Shown here: one piece after another, positions 45,318 through 55,152 of the stretch
How positions within the stretch are numbered: position 1 is the first letter of the stretch
Layout of the letters: every line of letters begins with the position of its first letter
Virus record (IMG/VR): IMGVR_UViG_2706795940_000001
Span: 1-64,000 of that record
Origin: a virus
Taxonomy: Duplodnaviria > Caudoviricetes
Length of the DNA: 64,000 nucleotides
Strand: one strand, 5' to 3'
Program-made: the position numbers and the translations under genes
The notes under the pieces: generated by a model
Database searches by the model: none
Seen by the model: the letters and a program-made list of their open reading frames with translations, nothing else
Told to the model about the DNA's origin: nothing

Positions 45318-46027
45318 CCAGCCCAGCCGATGTGTACTACGACCGAATGAACGACATGTTCGTCGAGTTCATCGAGTCGAGGATCAACGCCGACCTGGCA
45401 CGACTGAAGTACCAGGACGTGACCACCCACGTGTTCTCAACGATCATCCCGAATGGCAGCATCCGCCGGCGCAATGTGGATGAGGTCGCAGTGGCCCAGC
45501 TCAACACGATCAAGCGGCTCATCACTGCGACTCGACCACTCTCTGCCCAGGCTCGCTGGGCCATCCTGGATGAGACGGCACGGTCACAGAAGACCTGGCG
45601 CGATGCCGAAGACTTTCCGCTCAAGGACTTCCAGCGACGCTACTTCCGGAAGATCACTCACGTCCCCAACTGGACCAAGGTGTTTTGCGAAGAGATCAAC
45701 GCCACCTTCATGTGGGTCGACGACAAGCTGTACTACTTCGATCCGGAGAGGGATGACTTCGCGGACGAGATCTCCGACTACTGGACGCTCGACGAGATCC
45801 TCCAGAAGACCACATGGGTGACCGCGATCGAGGTCGAAGAGTGGGCCATCCACACACCAACGTGGTGGGAGTCGCTCCGAGACGACTTTGTTGGCATCCA
45901 GGACTGTGGTGCCAACCCTGACGGGAACTGCTGCGGAGAGCCACCGAGGTTCTCGTACGAACCCAAGCCCCCCAAGGGAACTCGCAGCATCCGCAAGGGC
46001 AACTTGCAGAATCACTACGCCAGCTGA
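45314..46027 (+). CDS. hypothetical protein
   Basis: 237-aa ORF, AGGAG RBS. Confidence 0.75.
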   Translation: MTSPADVYYDRMNDMFVEFIESRINADLARLKYQDVTTHVFSTIIPNGSIRRRNVDEVAVAQLNTIKRLITATRPLSAQARWAILDETARSQKTWRDAEDFPLKDFQRRYFRKITHVPNWTKVFCEEINATFMWVDDKLYYFDPERDDFADEISDYWTLDEILQKTTWVTAIEVEEWAIHTPTWWESLRDDFVGIQDCGANPDGNCCGEPPRFSYEPKPPKGTRSIRKGNLQNHYAS

Positions 46028-46118
46028 CCACGCCGAAAGGGTGCCAGCGGCCATTGTGCAACACAGTGGCCACTGGTACCCTTTCTAATATCCAACGCAA
46101 CAGTAGACAGGAGAGAAG

Positions 46119-46328
46119 ATGGCTTACGTGTTCGACAAGGAAGAATTGGCCGGCATCGCGAAGGCGCTCGGGGTGATCCAGGACATCGCCGAAGGGTTCG
46201 TCGGCGGTGAGCTGCGGATCGACATGGATCCGCTGCCCGTGATCAACAACAGCGACAAGATCGTCGGCCACTTCCAGTGGGACAACGGATTCGTCGGTTT
46301 CGCACCAGCCGAGGGGAAGTTCGATTGA
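46119..46328 (+). CDS. hypothetical protein
   Basis: AGGAGAG RBS. Confidence 0.7.
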   Translation: MAYVFDKEELAGIAKALGVIQDIAEGFVGGELRIDMDPLPVINNSDKIVGHFQWDNGFVGFAPAEGKFD

Positions 46329-47092
46329 CCATCTACTTCACGGCCGACCTGCATCTCGGTCACAAGAAGCCGCAGTTGGGCCGTATCCACCTGGTTCGCC
46401 AGGAGTGGCAAAACCGGCCGGTTGATGGAATGCGGCCCGAGTACGTCATGATGCAGAACTTCCGGTCGACCCTCACCAAGCGCGACCAGCTGTGGATCCT
46501 TGGCGATCTATCCGCGGGTGGATCCCAGGCCCAGCGCGACGCCCTTGCAACTCTGGCTCAGTTGCGAACCGACACAGGTGCGGAGTTCCACCTCATCCCG
46601 GGCAACCATGACGGCTGCCACCCCCAGTTCCGCACCGCGAAGAAGTGGTGGCCGGAATACCTCGAGGTGTTCGACACCATCATGCCGTTCGCGGCCCGCA
46701 AGATCGCCGGCCACAACGTGTGCCTGAGTCATTACCCGTACTACGGAGACCACACCGAAGAGGACCGCCATCCACAGTGGCGACTGCGCGACACGGGCCG
46801 GTGGCTTCTGCATGGCCATACGCACCAGAGCTCGCCCCTGACCGTGCTTCAGTGGGACGACCAGGGACTCTACTCGAAGCTCGTCCCCATGCATACGCGG
46901 CATCCCGATATCCCAACCCGGTTCGAGAACGTCAACTTCAGAGAACTGGACGGCACGCCGACGCGCGTGGTTCAGCCTGGCGATTCCGAACTTCGTCGCA
47001 CCATCAATGTCGGTGTTGACGCCTGGGGTCTATGGCCCGTGTCACTCGAGACCATCGCCGACCTCATCACCAAGCTGGAGGGGGAGCAGTGA
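46325..47092 (+). CDS. calcineurin-like metallophosphoesterase
   Basis: DLHLGH, LGD, GNHD, SHYP, HGHTH, NVGVD motifs. Confidence 0.92.
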   Translation: MTIYFTADLHLGHKKPQLGRIHLVRQEWQNRPVDGMRPEYVMMQNFRSTLTKRDQLWILGDLSAGGSQAQRDALATLAQLRTDTGAEFHLIPGNHDGCHPQFRTAKKWWPEYLEVFDTIMPFAARKIAGHNVCLSHYPYYGDHTEEDRHPQWRLRDTGRWLLHGHTHQSSPLTVLQWDDQGLYSKLVPMHTRHPDIPTRFENVNFRELDGTPTRVVQPGDSELRRTINVGVDAWGLWPVSLETIADLITKLEGEQ

Positions 47093-47601
47093 CCTGGATC
47101 GGCACGCCTGTCATGATCGGGCTGTTCGTTGTCGTGTTCTTCGTCGTGATGGCTGCCTGGGCTGTATTCGCGCGGCAGGCGGATGGCTTGCTCGGCATCC
47201 CGCTGATGTTGTCCATATTTGCAGTCATCATCTGGCCGCTGTCCATTCCAGGCGAGGCCAAGTGGGTAAAGCGGGACCTCGTGTCCATCTCTGATGGCAC
47301 TGGAGTTCATGGATACTTCGTATTCGGAACCGGCTCAATCGATTCGGATGCCAGGTACCGATTCTACTGGAAGCAAGGAAACCAGCTGATGCTGGAGAAC
47401 GTCCAGTCCGGATCCGCGGCCCTTTTTGAGATTGACGGACTGGAGCAGCCGTACTTCGAGACCCGAGATGGATGCAGGCCAACCCCTGACTGGCTCGGAT
47501 GGTGCTGGGACACGCCAGGCCGGGGTAGTGACACCAAGTATCGAATCTACGTGCCCACCGGATCGGTGACCACGAAGATCGACCTCAACCTGAATCCGTA
47601 G
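47089..47601 (+). CDS. membrane protein
   Basis: Two N-terminal TMs; GYFVFGTG motif. Confidence 0.75.
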   Translation: MTWIGTPVMIGLFVVVFFVVMAAWAVFARQADGLLGIPLMLSIFAVIIWPLSIPGEAKWVKRDLVSISDGTGVHGYFVFGTGSIDSDARYRFYWKQGNQLMLENVQSGSAALFEIDGLEQPYFETRDGCRPTPDWLGWCWDTPGRGSDTKYRIYVPTGSVTTKIDLNLNP

Positions 47602-47608
47602 GTGCAAC

Positions 47609-48061
47609 ATGCTATTTGACGAAGAAGTAATCCCAGGCACCTACGTCAGCGAGAACCTGAGAGATACGGCGATCCACGGCCGGTGCCAGTCTCGATTCCT
47701 GGTCGAGAAAGGCGCTCTGCGTCAGTGCGACCTGATCTACCGGCACGCCGGCCGGCATGCGTACCTGCTGCCGTCCGGGTACCCGACAATCACCTGGTGG
47801 GACGATGAGGCACAGATTCTCGGAGCCCTGGAGCAAGAGGTATTCAATCGATTGGTTATGGCGCGCGACGACGTTGCCCGGGCCATCGAGGACGCAGAGG
47901 ATGCCGTTCGATGGGCGTTCCGAAAGGCCAATGAGGCCAACAACGAACGCTTGATAGGTCTGGTCAACGAGTGCAGTGTCCACGACTACTACCTCGACGA
48001 CATCTGCGAATTCCCCTTCGACGACAGCGAATCCGACTTCGCTGCACAACTCGCACTTTAA
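47609..48061 (+). CDS. hypothetical protein
   Basis: C..HAGRH motif. Confidence 0.65.
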   Translation: MLFDEEVIPGTYVSENLRDTAIHGRCQSRFLVEKGALRQCDLIYRHAGRHAYLLPSGYPTITWWDDEAQILGALEQEVFNRLVMARDDVARAIEDAEDAVRWAFRKANEANNERLIGLVNECSVHDYYLDDICEFPFDDSESDFAAQLAL

Positions 48062-48082
48062 CCAGAGAAAGAAGGTTATGAC

Positions 48083-49300
48083 ATGCCCGAAATGATCGCA
48101 CCCAAGGTGCTCAACTACGCATCGATCCTCGACGACATGACCACGCAGCAGGCCGGCGAGATCTCGTCGCTGCCGTTCATCCATCCTCACGTCGCCCTCA
48201 TGCCGGATGCACACGGCGGCAAAGGATCTGCCGTCGGCACGGTGATTCCCACGGTGGACGCCGTGATCCCGGCCGCGGTCGGCGTGGACATCGGCTGCGG
48301 CATGATCGGCGTGGAGACCTGGGTCCAGAAGAACGACATCGCAGATCTCAGTCTCGCGGACCTGCGCGAACGGGTCGAGATCGCCATCCCGCTCTCGCCG
48401 GGGAACTACAACGTCGATGGGCGTTGGGCCGCGCACACCGAGGAGCGCATTGCGCGGCTCGAGGCCATGGCCGAAGAGAAGGGCGTCGACCTCAAGCATT
48501 CGCCGAAGTGGCGGGAACAGCTGGGCTCGCTCGGCGGCGGCAACCACTTCATCGAGCTGTGCGAGTCCGTGCACGAGCGTGGACCGGGCGCGATCTGGCT
48601 CTTCCTGCATTCCGGCAGCCGCGGTGTCGGCAACAAGATCGCGCAGAAGCACATCAAGATCGCCCAGAAGCTGTGCAAGAAGTGGCACATTCAACTCGCC
48701 AACCCCGACCTCGCCTACCTGCCTTCCGGGACCGACGAATTCGGCGACTACATTCGCGAGCTCCGGTGGGCACAGGCTTTCGCGCTCGAGAACCGGGCCG
48801 AAATGATGGACCGTTTCGTCCATGTGTTCACCCGGTGGCTCGAGTACTCCGATGCCGTCGAATTCGACGAGCTCGGTCGCGACGTCGAACTCCGGCGTAT
48901 CAATTGTCACCACAACTACACCGAGCGGGTCGAGATCGCCGGCAAGAAAGTGTGGCTCACGCGCAAGGGTGCAATCGACGCAAGCGAGGGTCGATATGGA
49001 CTGATCCCCGGATCCATGGGCACCAAGTCCTATGTCGTCCGCGGCAAAGGGAATGAGTCCGGCCTCTTCTCTGCGCCCCATGGTGCCGGCCGTCAGTATT
49101 CGCGCACCCAGGCCAAGAAGCTGTTCACCCTGGATGACCTCGCCGACCGAATGAAGGGCATCGAATACCGCCACGGCGAAGAGTGGATCGACGAGATCCC
49201 GGACGCCTACAAGGACATCGACCAGGTGATGGAAGATGCCAAAGACCTGGTCGAAGTCGAGGCAGTGCTGTCCCAGCTCATGAACGTGAAAGGTGTCTGA
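48083..49300 (+). CDS. rtcB: RtcB RNA ligase
   Basis: MPDAH, VGVDIGCG, LGGGNHFIE, HSGSRG, HHNY, PGSMG, HGAGR, AYKDI. Confidence 0.97.
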   Translation: MPEMIAPKVLNYASILDDMTTQQAGEISSLPFIHPHVALMPDAHGGKGSAVGTVIPTVDAVIPAAVGVDIGCGMIGVETWVQKNDIADLSLADLRERVEIAIPLSPGNYNVDGRWAAHTEERIARLEAMAEEKGVDLKHSPKWREQLGSLGGGNHFIELCESVHERGPGAIWLFLHSGSRGVGNKIAQKHIKIAQKLCKKWHIQLANPDLAYLPSGTDEFGDYIRELRWAQAFALENRAEMMDRFVHVFTRWLEYSDAVEFDELGRDVELRRINCHHNYTERVEIAGKKVWLTRKGAIDASEGRYGLIPGSMGTKSYVVRGKGNESGLFSAPHGAGRQYSRTQAKKLFTLDDLADRMKGIEYRHGEEWIDEIPDAYKDIDQVMEDAKDLVEVEAVLSQLMNVKGV

Positions 49301-49302
49301 CA

Positions 49303-49749
49303 ATGATTCTTCTGTACATCGTTGCGGTTGCGGTCGTCCTGGGTCTGTTCGCGGTGCTTGCCTTGGCGCTTCGTGCTCCGGATGGCATCCCCCTGTCTTT
49401 CATGACCCTTTCCGCATTCTTCGCGGTTCTCGTACTGCCCGTCGCCGGAATCTTCTGGTCGTTCGATCTCGATTACGCGGATCCGCGCGAGGAAACCTGC
49501 ACGGTCCACGGCAAGCAGGAGGTCTCAGTCATGCGTGCCGAGCCAACGCCGTCACTTCGCCTGAACACCAGCTGCGGCACCCTCGAGATCGAGGAAATGA
49601 TGCTCAGCGACGTCGACAATGTGTGGCCGATCTACTACTCCATCGACGCCGGCAAGACCTACAAATTCGAACTGTCCGGCCGTGAGCATTCCGCGCTCGG
49701 CGATTACACCAACATCGTGTCCGTCGTCAGCGAGGTGTCTAATGGCTAA
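49303..49749 (+). CDS. membrane protein, paralogue of 2375-2713
   Basis: Two TMs then CTV..K...TSCG...GKTY. Confidence 0.75.
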   Translation: MILLYIVAVAVVLGLFAVLALALRAPDGIPLSFMTLSAFFAVLVLPVAGIFWSFDLDYADPREETCTVHGKQEVSVMRAEPTPSLRLNTSCGTLEIEEMMLSDVDNVWPIYYSIDAGKTYKFELSGREHSALGDYTNIVSVVSEVSNG

Positions 49750-50422
49750 GTACAGGTTCAACAGCGACGCATACAGGGAGACCGATGCTCGGGATGTCTA
49801 CATCTCGGATGACCAAATAGAGGGCACGCCCAATCTGAGGCGTGCCAGCCTCTCGGATGCGATCCTCTTCGGCGGGCCCGCGGTGCGGGACCTGCTCGAG
49901 CGCGCACCGATTGTCGGCGATCGAGAGTACGTGTTCGTTGATACCAAGGTCTCAATGCTCATGCCGGGTTGGTACCCAGCCATCCCGGGCTGGCATACCG
50001 ACGGTGTGCCCCGCGGAGACAATGGTCATCCGTCTGATTATGGGCATCCCTCGCTGCCGAAACAGCTCACTCAGAGGTCTCCGAGATTCCACACGATCAT
50101 CGCCGGCAATCCGTGCCTGACCGAGTTCCTCAAAGGTGACTACGAGCTGGAGATCGAACACGATCAGGACAACGTTCTGTACTCCGAGATGACCAATAAG
50201 GTTGAGGAGCTCGCAGGTCGGCGCACTCGAACACTGATGGCCCCGAAGCCTCAGGTGTGGGCCTCTTGGGACTGGTGGCAGATTCATCGCGCCGGGGAGG
50301 CCAATCGCCGCGGCTGGCGTTTGCTGATCCGGATCACCGAATCGGACCTCGTTCGGCCGGCGACCAGGGATTTCATTCGGACCCAGAACCAGGTCTACGT
50401 CCCGCTCGACTCAAGCTGGTGA
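49742..50422 (+). CDS. putative 2OG-Fe(II) dioxygenase-fold protein
   Basis: PAIPGWHTDG (HxD), distal H in IHRA, R in GWRLLIR. Confidence 0.55.
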   Translation: MAKYRFNSDAYRETDARDVYISDDQIEGTPNLRRASLSDAILFGGPAVRDLLERAPIVGDREYVFVDTKVSMLMPGWYPAIPGWHTDGVPRGDNGHPSDYGHPSLPKQLTQRSPRFHTIIAGNPCLTEFLKGDYELEIEHDQDNVLYSEMTNKVEELAGRRTRTLMAPKPQVWASWDWWQIHRAGEANRRGWRLLIRITESDLVRPATRDFIRTQNQVYVPLDSSW

Positions 50423-50428
50423 TGTCTA

Positions 50429-50623
50429 ATGACTAACCCTGTGTTGAAGACATCGGAGCAGTGGTCGAAGGAGTTCGACTTCACCATCACCGACCCGGAT
50501 GGCTGGGACCGCAAGGACTTCCTTCACTCCTGGCATCGCGAACAGATCACGAAAGAAGAGTTCATCGACCGGGCCGTCGCGTCCACGGTGAAGAACCTCA
50601 ACGCACTCAAGGAGGCAATGTGA
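50429..50623 (+). CDS. hypothetical protein
   Basis: DPDGWDR...ITKEEF..R phage motif. Confidence 0.75.
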   Translation: MTNPVLKTSEQWSKEFDFTITDPDGWDRKDFLHSWHREQITKEEFIDRAVASTVKNLNALKEAM

Positions 50624-50844
50624 CCAGAGCAACGAAAGAGACCGAGAAGATCACCCGACACCGATTCATCGCGCCGTGTGACTACGGCGTCGGTGGCGAC
50701 ATCGGCACTTTCATGGACGCCATGCACTGGGCCCAACAGAAAGCAATGGAACTCGGTCGCAACACCGGCTCCGATGACTGGGCCCGGGTCTTCCCCGAGG
50801 ATGACCAGATCGTGATCGTCGTCGAGGAGACGCAGAAGGCATGA
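50620..50844 (+). CDS. hypothetical protein
   Basis: AAGGAGG RBS, overlaps. Confidence 0.7.
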   Translation: MTRATKETEKITRHRFIAPCDYGVGGDIGTFMDAMHWAQQKAMELGRNTGSDDWARVFPEDDQIVIVVEETQKA

Positions 50845-51065
50845 GCACTCAAACACTCGACCGGCCCGACACCCGACCCACCGACACCGACGAACCCCCG
50901 AAGGTTGTCCACTACGTGAAGAAGGGGGAGATCCTCGAGAGCGCGGTCGACGGCAAGTTCGTACGAGCACTGTGCGGGATCCGGTTCCAGGTCACCCGGA
51001 CATCGCGCGAAAACTCGCCGGTGTGCGAGAAGTGCAAAGAGGTCCACCGGGGGCTGCCCAAGTGA
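50841..51065 (+). CDS. DUF3039-like zinc-binding protein
   Basis: HYVKK..I.ESAV.G..V.ALCG...PVCEKCKE. Confidence 0.85.
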   Translation: MSTQTLDRPDTRPTDTDEPPKVVHYVKKGEILESAVDGKFVRALCGIRFQVTRTSRENSPVCEKCKEVHRGLPK

Positions 51066-52136
51066 GCAAAGTCGATACCCCCTCGAGCCTGAGGGCACAG
51101 GGAGTTGCCGACGCACTTAAGTCGGCGGACGAGATGACGGACAGCGTGATCATGCACTTAACCCGCGCACTGCGTTACGCAGAAGAGGATTATGACCACA
51201 ACGCCGACAAGACCCGGGACCTCCTGGCGGTCGCCAGGCTGCTTCGCGGTCAGACGTGCCAAGAGTCCCTCCTTTGGGATGGCTACGCAAGAGCCAGGAG
51301 GGTCGATGCCTGAACTCCGGGGCGTGGAGCAGCTCGCCTTCCTGAAGCTGCTCGAGATCCACAACCCGTTCGAAGAGTTCAACCTCGACATGGACTCGTG
51401 TGGCAAGTGCGGCTGTGGCAAGGAGCTCCACTGGACGAGGTGGCCGGAACACATCCTCGAGGAGTGGTTGAACCTATGACGTACGAGATCGGCAAGCACT
51501 ACATCTGCCGGCCCGTCGATGGCAGTCCGGACCGATGCCTGGGCACCTACCAAGGGGTCAGGGACGGCCAGCATCACTTCATGGGATCTGGGTACTGCGA
51601 CTGCCCCGCGGCCCTCGCGTTCCGGGCCTTGGGCGCACACGTCCTCGAGAATGGATGGGCGCCATGAGACTCGACGGAACAACGGTCGTCCGGGAGTTCT
51701 CGCTGACGACCGAGTGCCCCTACTGCGGCACGGTCGACATGCATGACTTGCGCGCGCCGGCGCGGCTTCCCCGGCGGGAGGACTTCGACACCGTCGAGGA
51801 GTACCTCCGTCGCCGGCGGTGGGCCACATTCGACGACGGATTCATGTCCTGGCTAGGAACCCACGTCAGGGTGACGGCTCGCGAGGAGGACACCGCCGAG
51901 GTCGTCAGGAAGTGCGTCAACAAGAAGTGCGTCAGCGAGTGGTGCGAAGGGAAGGTCGAACGATGAACGATCGCGATCTCCTTGTGGCGTACTCGACTGG
52001 CTATGCCGACGCGGACCTCAGCATCCTGGGCGACGTGCACCAGCACGACTTCGCACTGAGGGCCATGGAGGTTCGGCACCTTGCCGGACTTCGCGAAGTG
52101 GGCCGGCAGGCTTGGGTCTGGGGCGTTCAGTCCTGA
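51062..52136 (+). CDS. five small coupled hypothetical genes (51062-51313, 51306-51479, 51476-51667, 51664-51966, 51963-52136)
   Basis: Chain of overlapping start/stop codons; several CxxC motifs. Confidence 0.6.
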
Positions 52137-52146
52137 CCGGCCGACA

Positions 52147-52181
52147 AAGACCCCCTACCAACTCGGTAGGGGGTCTTCTTG
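52147..52181. terminator. intrinsic terminator
   Basis: aagaccccctacc/ggtagggggtctt stem with T-rich tail. Confidence 0.75.
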
Positions 52182-52189
52182 TGTCTGCA

Positions 52190-52510
52190 GATCCTACCGA
52201 GACCTACTGCCGGTCACCCCTGCGGGGACTTCTGCGGCTACGCGTGCGTCTGTAGGGTGTGAGATGGCCTCTGATCAGCACCCCGAGGCTATAGTAGGAA
52301 AACGGTAGGAGATAGACGGTTAGATGGCCTCTCTGCTGGGAGAACAAAAAACTATGATCGCTTACCCTGTTCTCCTGTATACTCTCCAATTAGATGGATG
52401 TTCACATGTTTTTGCAGGTCAATGACCATGACTGTCTACCCTTGCTAACCCATGTGTCGTCCTGCTTTGTAGGGGAAATAGTAGGGCGGACCAGAGCTCA
52501 GTAGGGCGCC
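52190..52510. other. candidate attP region with integrase arm-type repeats
   Basis: Non-coding, AT-richer; paired GTAGG/CCTAC repeats in both orientations; AGATGGCCTCT direct repeat; next to integrase. Core not identified. Confidence 0.6.
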
Positions 52511-52629
52511 CGACACGCAGCAATCTGCGAGCGTGACGAGCATCCCGAGTTCGCATGTCATGACCGAACAAAAACACCCCCCGAGACTACGGCGCATCAC
52601 CGGCGGGGGCTCACAACAGGAGGCAGAAA

Positions 52630-53928
52630 TTGACAGAACGTAGGTCCAAGGCGTCGGGCGGCATCCGCGAGCGCGCCGGCAAGTTCATCGCGTCGGTGGA
52701 AGGTAATCCGGACCCGCTCACCGGAAAGCGACGTCGCCTGGAGCGCACCTGCAAGACCGAGGCCGAGGCCAACCGTCAGCTCCAGAAGCTGTTCACGTTG
52801 GTCCGCACCAAGCAAGACATCTCGGTGTCCGAGCGCATGTCGGTCGGGGACTGGCTGACGCGTTGGATGAAGGACAAGGAGCGCGAGTGGCGACCCAAGA
52901 CCCGGGTGAAGTACCGCATCGAGTTGCAGGTCCTGCTCGAGCATGGCGGGATCGCTGACATCCGACTAGACAAGCTCACCAAGACTCACGTGAAGACGAT
53001 GGTCGAGCGGATCCGCGACAAGAAGAGCGTCGCCGCGGCAAGACGGTGTCACGACCTCCTCGGCCGCGGTCTCCAGGCCGCGGTGCGAGTCGACCTCATC
53101 TCCGAGAACGTCGCCGGACCTGACGGGCCCGCCAAGCTGCAGCCGAAGTATGCCAAGAGCGACCGCCTCAACGTGACCGAGACGGCAAGGTTCCTCGACG
53201 TCCACAGCGAGGATCCGTTCATCAGCCGCTGGATCGCTGCGTTCCTGACCGGGCTACGCCAAGGTGAGATCCTCGGGCTGCAGTGGGATCGCGTCGACTT
53301 CGAGCACGGCGAGCTGACGATCACTCACCAGTTGCAGATGGTGCCGAGCGAGCATGGGTGTGGAGACCAGAACGACTTCGGCGCATGGCCGTGCGGATGG
53401 GCTCAACCGCGGTCGTGCACCAAACGCAAATTCCTGATCCCCGACGACGACACCGACTACGAACAGTTGATCGGAGCGTTCTGGCTGACCCCGACCAAGA
53501 GCGACACCTCCCAGCGCGTCATCCCGATCCCGACGATGCTCCTGGAGATCCTGCGCGAGCATCGCGACGCGACTGCGGATCAGCCGAATCCGTTCAACCT
53601 TGTCTGGCATGAGGTGACCGGGCGCCCGGTCGCGGCCGAGGTCGACTGGAAGCGGTGGACCGACATGCTGACCGCCGCCGGCCTGCGTCACGTGAAGCTC
53701 CACAGCGCGCGCAAGACCGCGGCATCGGTGTTGGTGTCGATGGGCGCCGACATGCACATGGTGATGCGGATCCTCGGACACTCGTCGCTGTCGATGACCG
53801 AGATCTACGCCGATGTCGACCGCGAGGCGATCAGGTCGTCGATGGCCAAGATGGGGTCGAAGATCCTCGAGGCTCGTGTTGTGGATGAAGACCGCGCGCT
53901 CGAGGCCGGCAACATTACTCTAGAGTAA
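52630..53928 (+). CDS. int: tyrosine integrase
   Basis: TGLRQGEILGLQW, LHSARKT, ILGHS....TEIY. Confidence 0.96.
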   Translation: MTERRSKASGGIRERAGKFIASVEGNPDPLTGKRRRLERTCKTEAEANRQLQKLFTLVRTKQDISVSERMSVGDWLTRWMKDKEREWRPKTRVKYRIELQVLLEHGGIADIRLDKLTKTHVKTMVERIRDKKSVAAARRCHDLLGRGLQAAVRVDLISENVAGPDGPAKLQPKYAKSDRLNVTETARFLDVHSEDPFISRWIAAFLTGLRQGEILGLQWDRVDFEHGELTITHQLQMVPSEHGCGDQNDFGAWPCGWAQPRSCTKRKFLIPDDDTDYEQLIGAFWLTPTKSDTSQRVIPIPTMLLEILREHRDATADQPNPFNLVWHEVTGRPVAAEVDWKRWTDMLTAAGLRHVKLHSARKTAASVLVSMGADMHMVMRILGHSSLSMTEIYADVDREAIRSSMAKMGSKILEARVVDEDRALEAGNITLE

Positions 53929-54169
53929 GAAAACCGCCGGTCAACGAGCCACGCAGGGACTAAAGTCCCTATTTCTTAAGCAATGTTTACCAGTTGATTA
54001 ACAGGCTGTAACGTCACATCTGCCTACGACGAAACGCAGATTGTGTCACCGCACAGCCCGTGAGTCTGGCACTCCCCCCCACCCTAGGTCGAGACCTCAG
54101 CCCCCGGCGCGGCGACACGCCGACGAACTGCTGTTTGGACCCATGCTCAGTTAGAAGGTTAGTCAGCAC

Positions 54170-54371
54170 CATGATCGATCCGCGCCTCTCTAATATCTCA
54201 ACCACAGCTGGACAGTTGGTTGCCGCGGACGTCGAGATGATCGACGGAGAGCCAGTATTCTCGCTTCAATACGGACCCGGAGCGGACCAGCTCCTGGACT
54301 TCGGGCCCGAGGCCTGCGAGCAGTTGTTCGACATGCTCGCCAGCGTGCTGGGGATCAGGCGCGTGGCGTAG
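54170..54371 (+). CDS. hypothetical protein
   Basis: ATG 54170 in ORF 54060-54371. Confidence 0.5.
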
Positions 54372-54391
54372 CGCAGGGCCCCAAGAAGGGG

Positions 54392-54425
54392 CCAACCCCC
54401 GCCTGTTATGTCAGGCGGGGGTTGG
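54392..54425. terminator. hairpin between convergent genes
   Basis: 14-bp stem ccaacccccgcctg/caggcgggggttgg. Confidence 0.65.
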
Positions 54426-54831
54426 ACTCTTCGTTTCCGGGACCGTACTTGACGTCCGATATGAACGTTCTGATCAAGTCGTCCAGAACTTTTCGCTGTC
54501 TCGACGTTAGGACTTCAGATCCCGTGGGCGGGGTGTACGGGGGAGCGGTTGCGTCCCAGGATTCCCCGAGCCATTCGGTCACCTTCTTCAGGGGGACAGA
54601 CAAGGCCTCTGCGACCCTCTCTAAGGTCTGCCGCTCAACGAGTCGTGGATCCGCACGGCCTGTGATCAGCCGGACTACCGTTGTGGTGTGTAGCCCAGCC
54701 TCTTTAGCCAAGGCGTTATAGCTAGGCTCACCAGTCCTGGGATTGGTTAACCCTTGCTTCAACATGGCCTTGTGCCACGGCTGCGGTACCTCGTTGTTTC
54801 TCTGCATGACACTGATCAGTGTCTCATGCAC
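54406..54831 (-). CDS. immunity repressor (HTH); alternative start 54807
   Basis: SYNALAKEAGLHTTTVVRLITG HTH; LTSRQR C-terminal motif; divergent from early operon near integrase. Confidence 0.8.
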   Translation of the reverse strand: MHETLISVMQRNNEVPQPWHKAMLKQGLTNPRTGEPSYNALAKEAGLHTTTVVRLITGRADPRLVERQTLERVAEALSVPLKKVTEWLGESWDATAPPYTPPTGSEVLTSRQRKVLDDLIRTFISDVKYGPGNEESNPRLT

Positions 54832-54918
54832 ACCTGGACGCGGTCAACAGATGTGTCACACGTTCGCACTATACTAATGGACGACGCAACACTAGACATC
54901 ACTTAGGAGTGCATTAGC

Positions 54919-55152
54919 GTGTCTTCGCCACAATTGGCCATAGGAGCAGAAGCTACGATCGGTAGCTGGGGTTATCGCTGGACGGTTATGGGATTCAAGA
55001 TCCCCGGGCCGGCCTCCAGAGAGACAAAGGCGATCATCGCCCGCGAGGATTCGCGGCGATTTCCCACCGACGGCTTTGTCGGAAATGGTCGTGCTCGACC
55101 ACTAATCCGGACCCGGGTTCGTTCTTCCCTTCTTCAGTCGGCCGGCAAGTGA
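54919..55152 (+). CDS. hypothetical protein (Cro position, no clear HTH)
   Basis: AGGAG RBS, overlaps recE start. Confidence 0.45.
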   Translation: MSSPQLAIGAEATIGSWGYRWTVMGFKIPGPASRETKAIIAREDSRRFPTDGFVGNGRARPLIRTRVRSSLLQSAGK

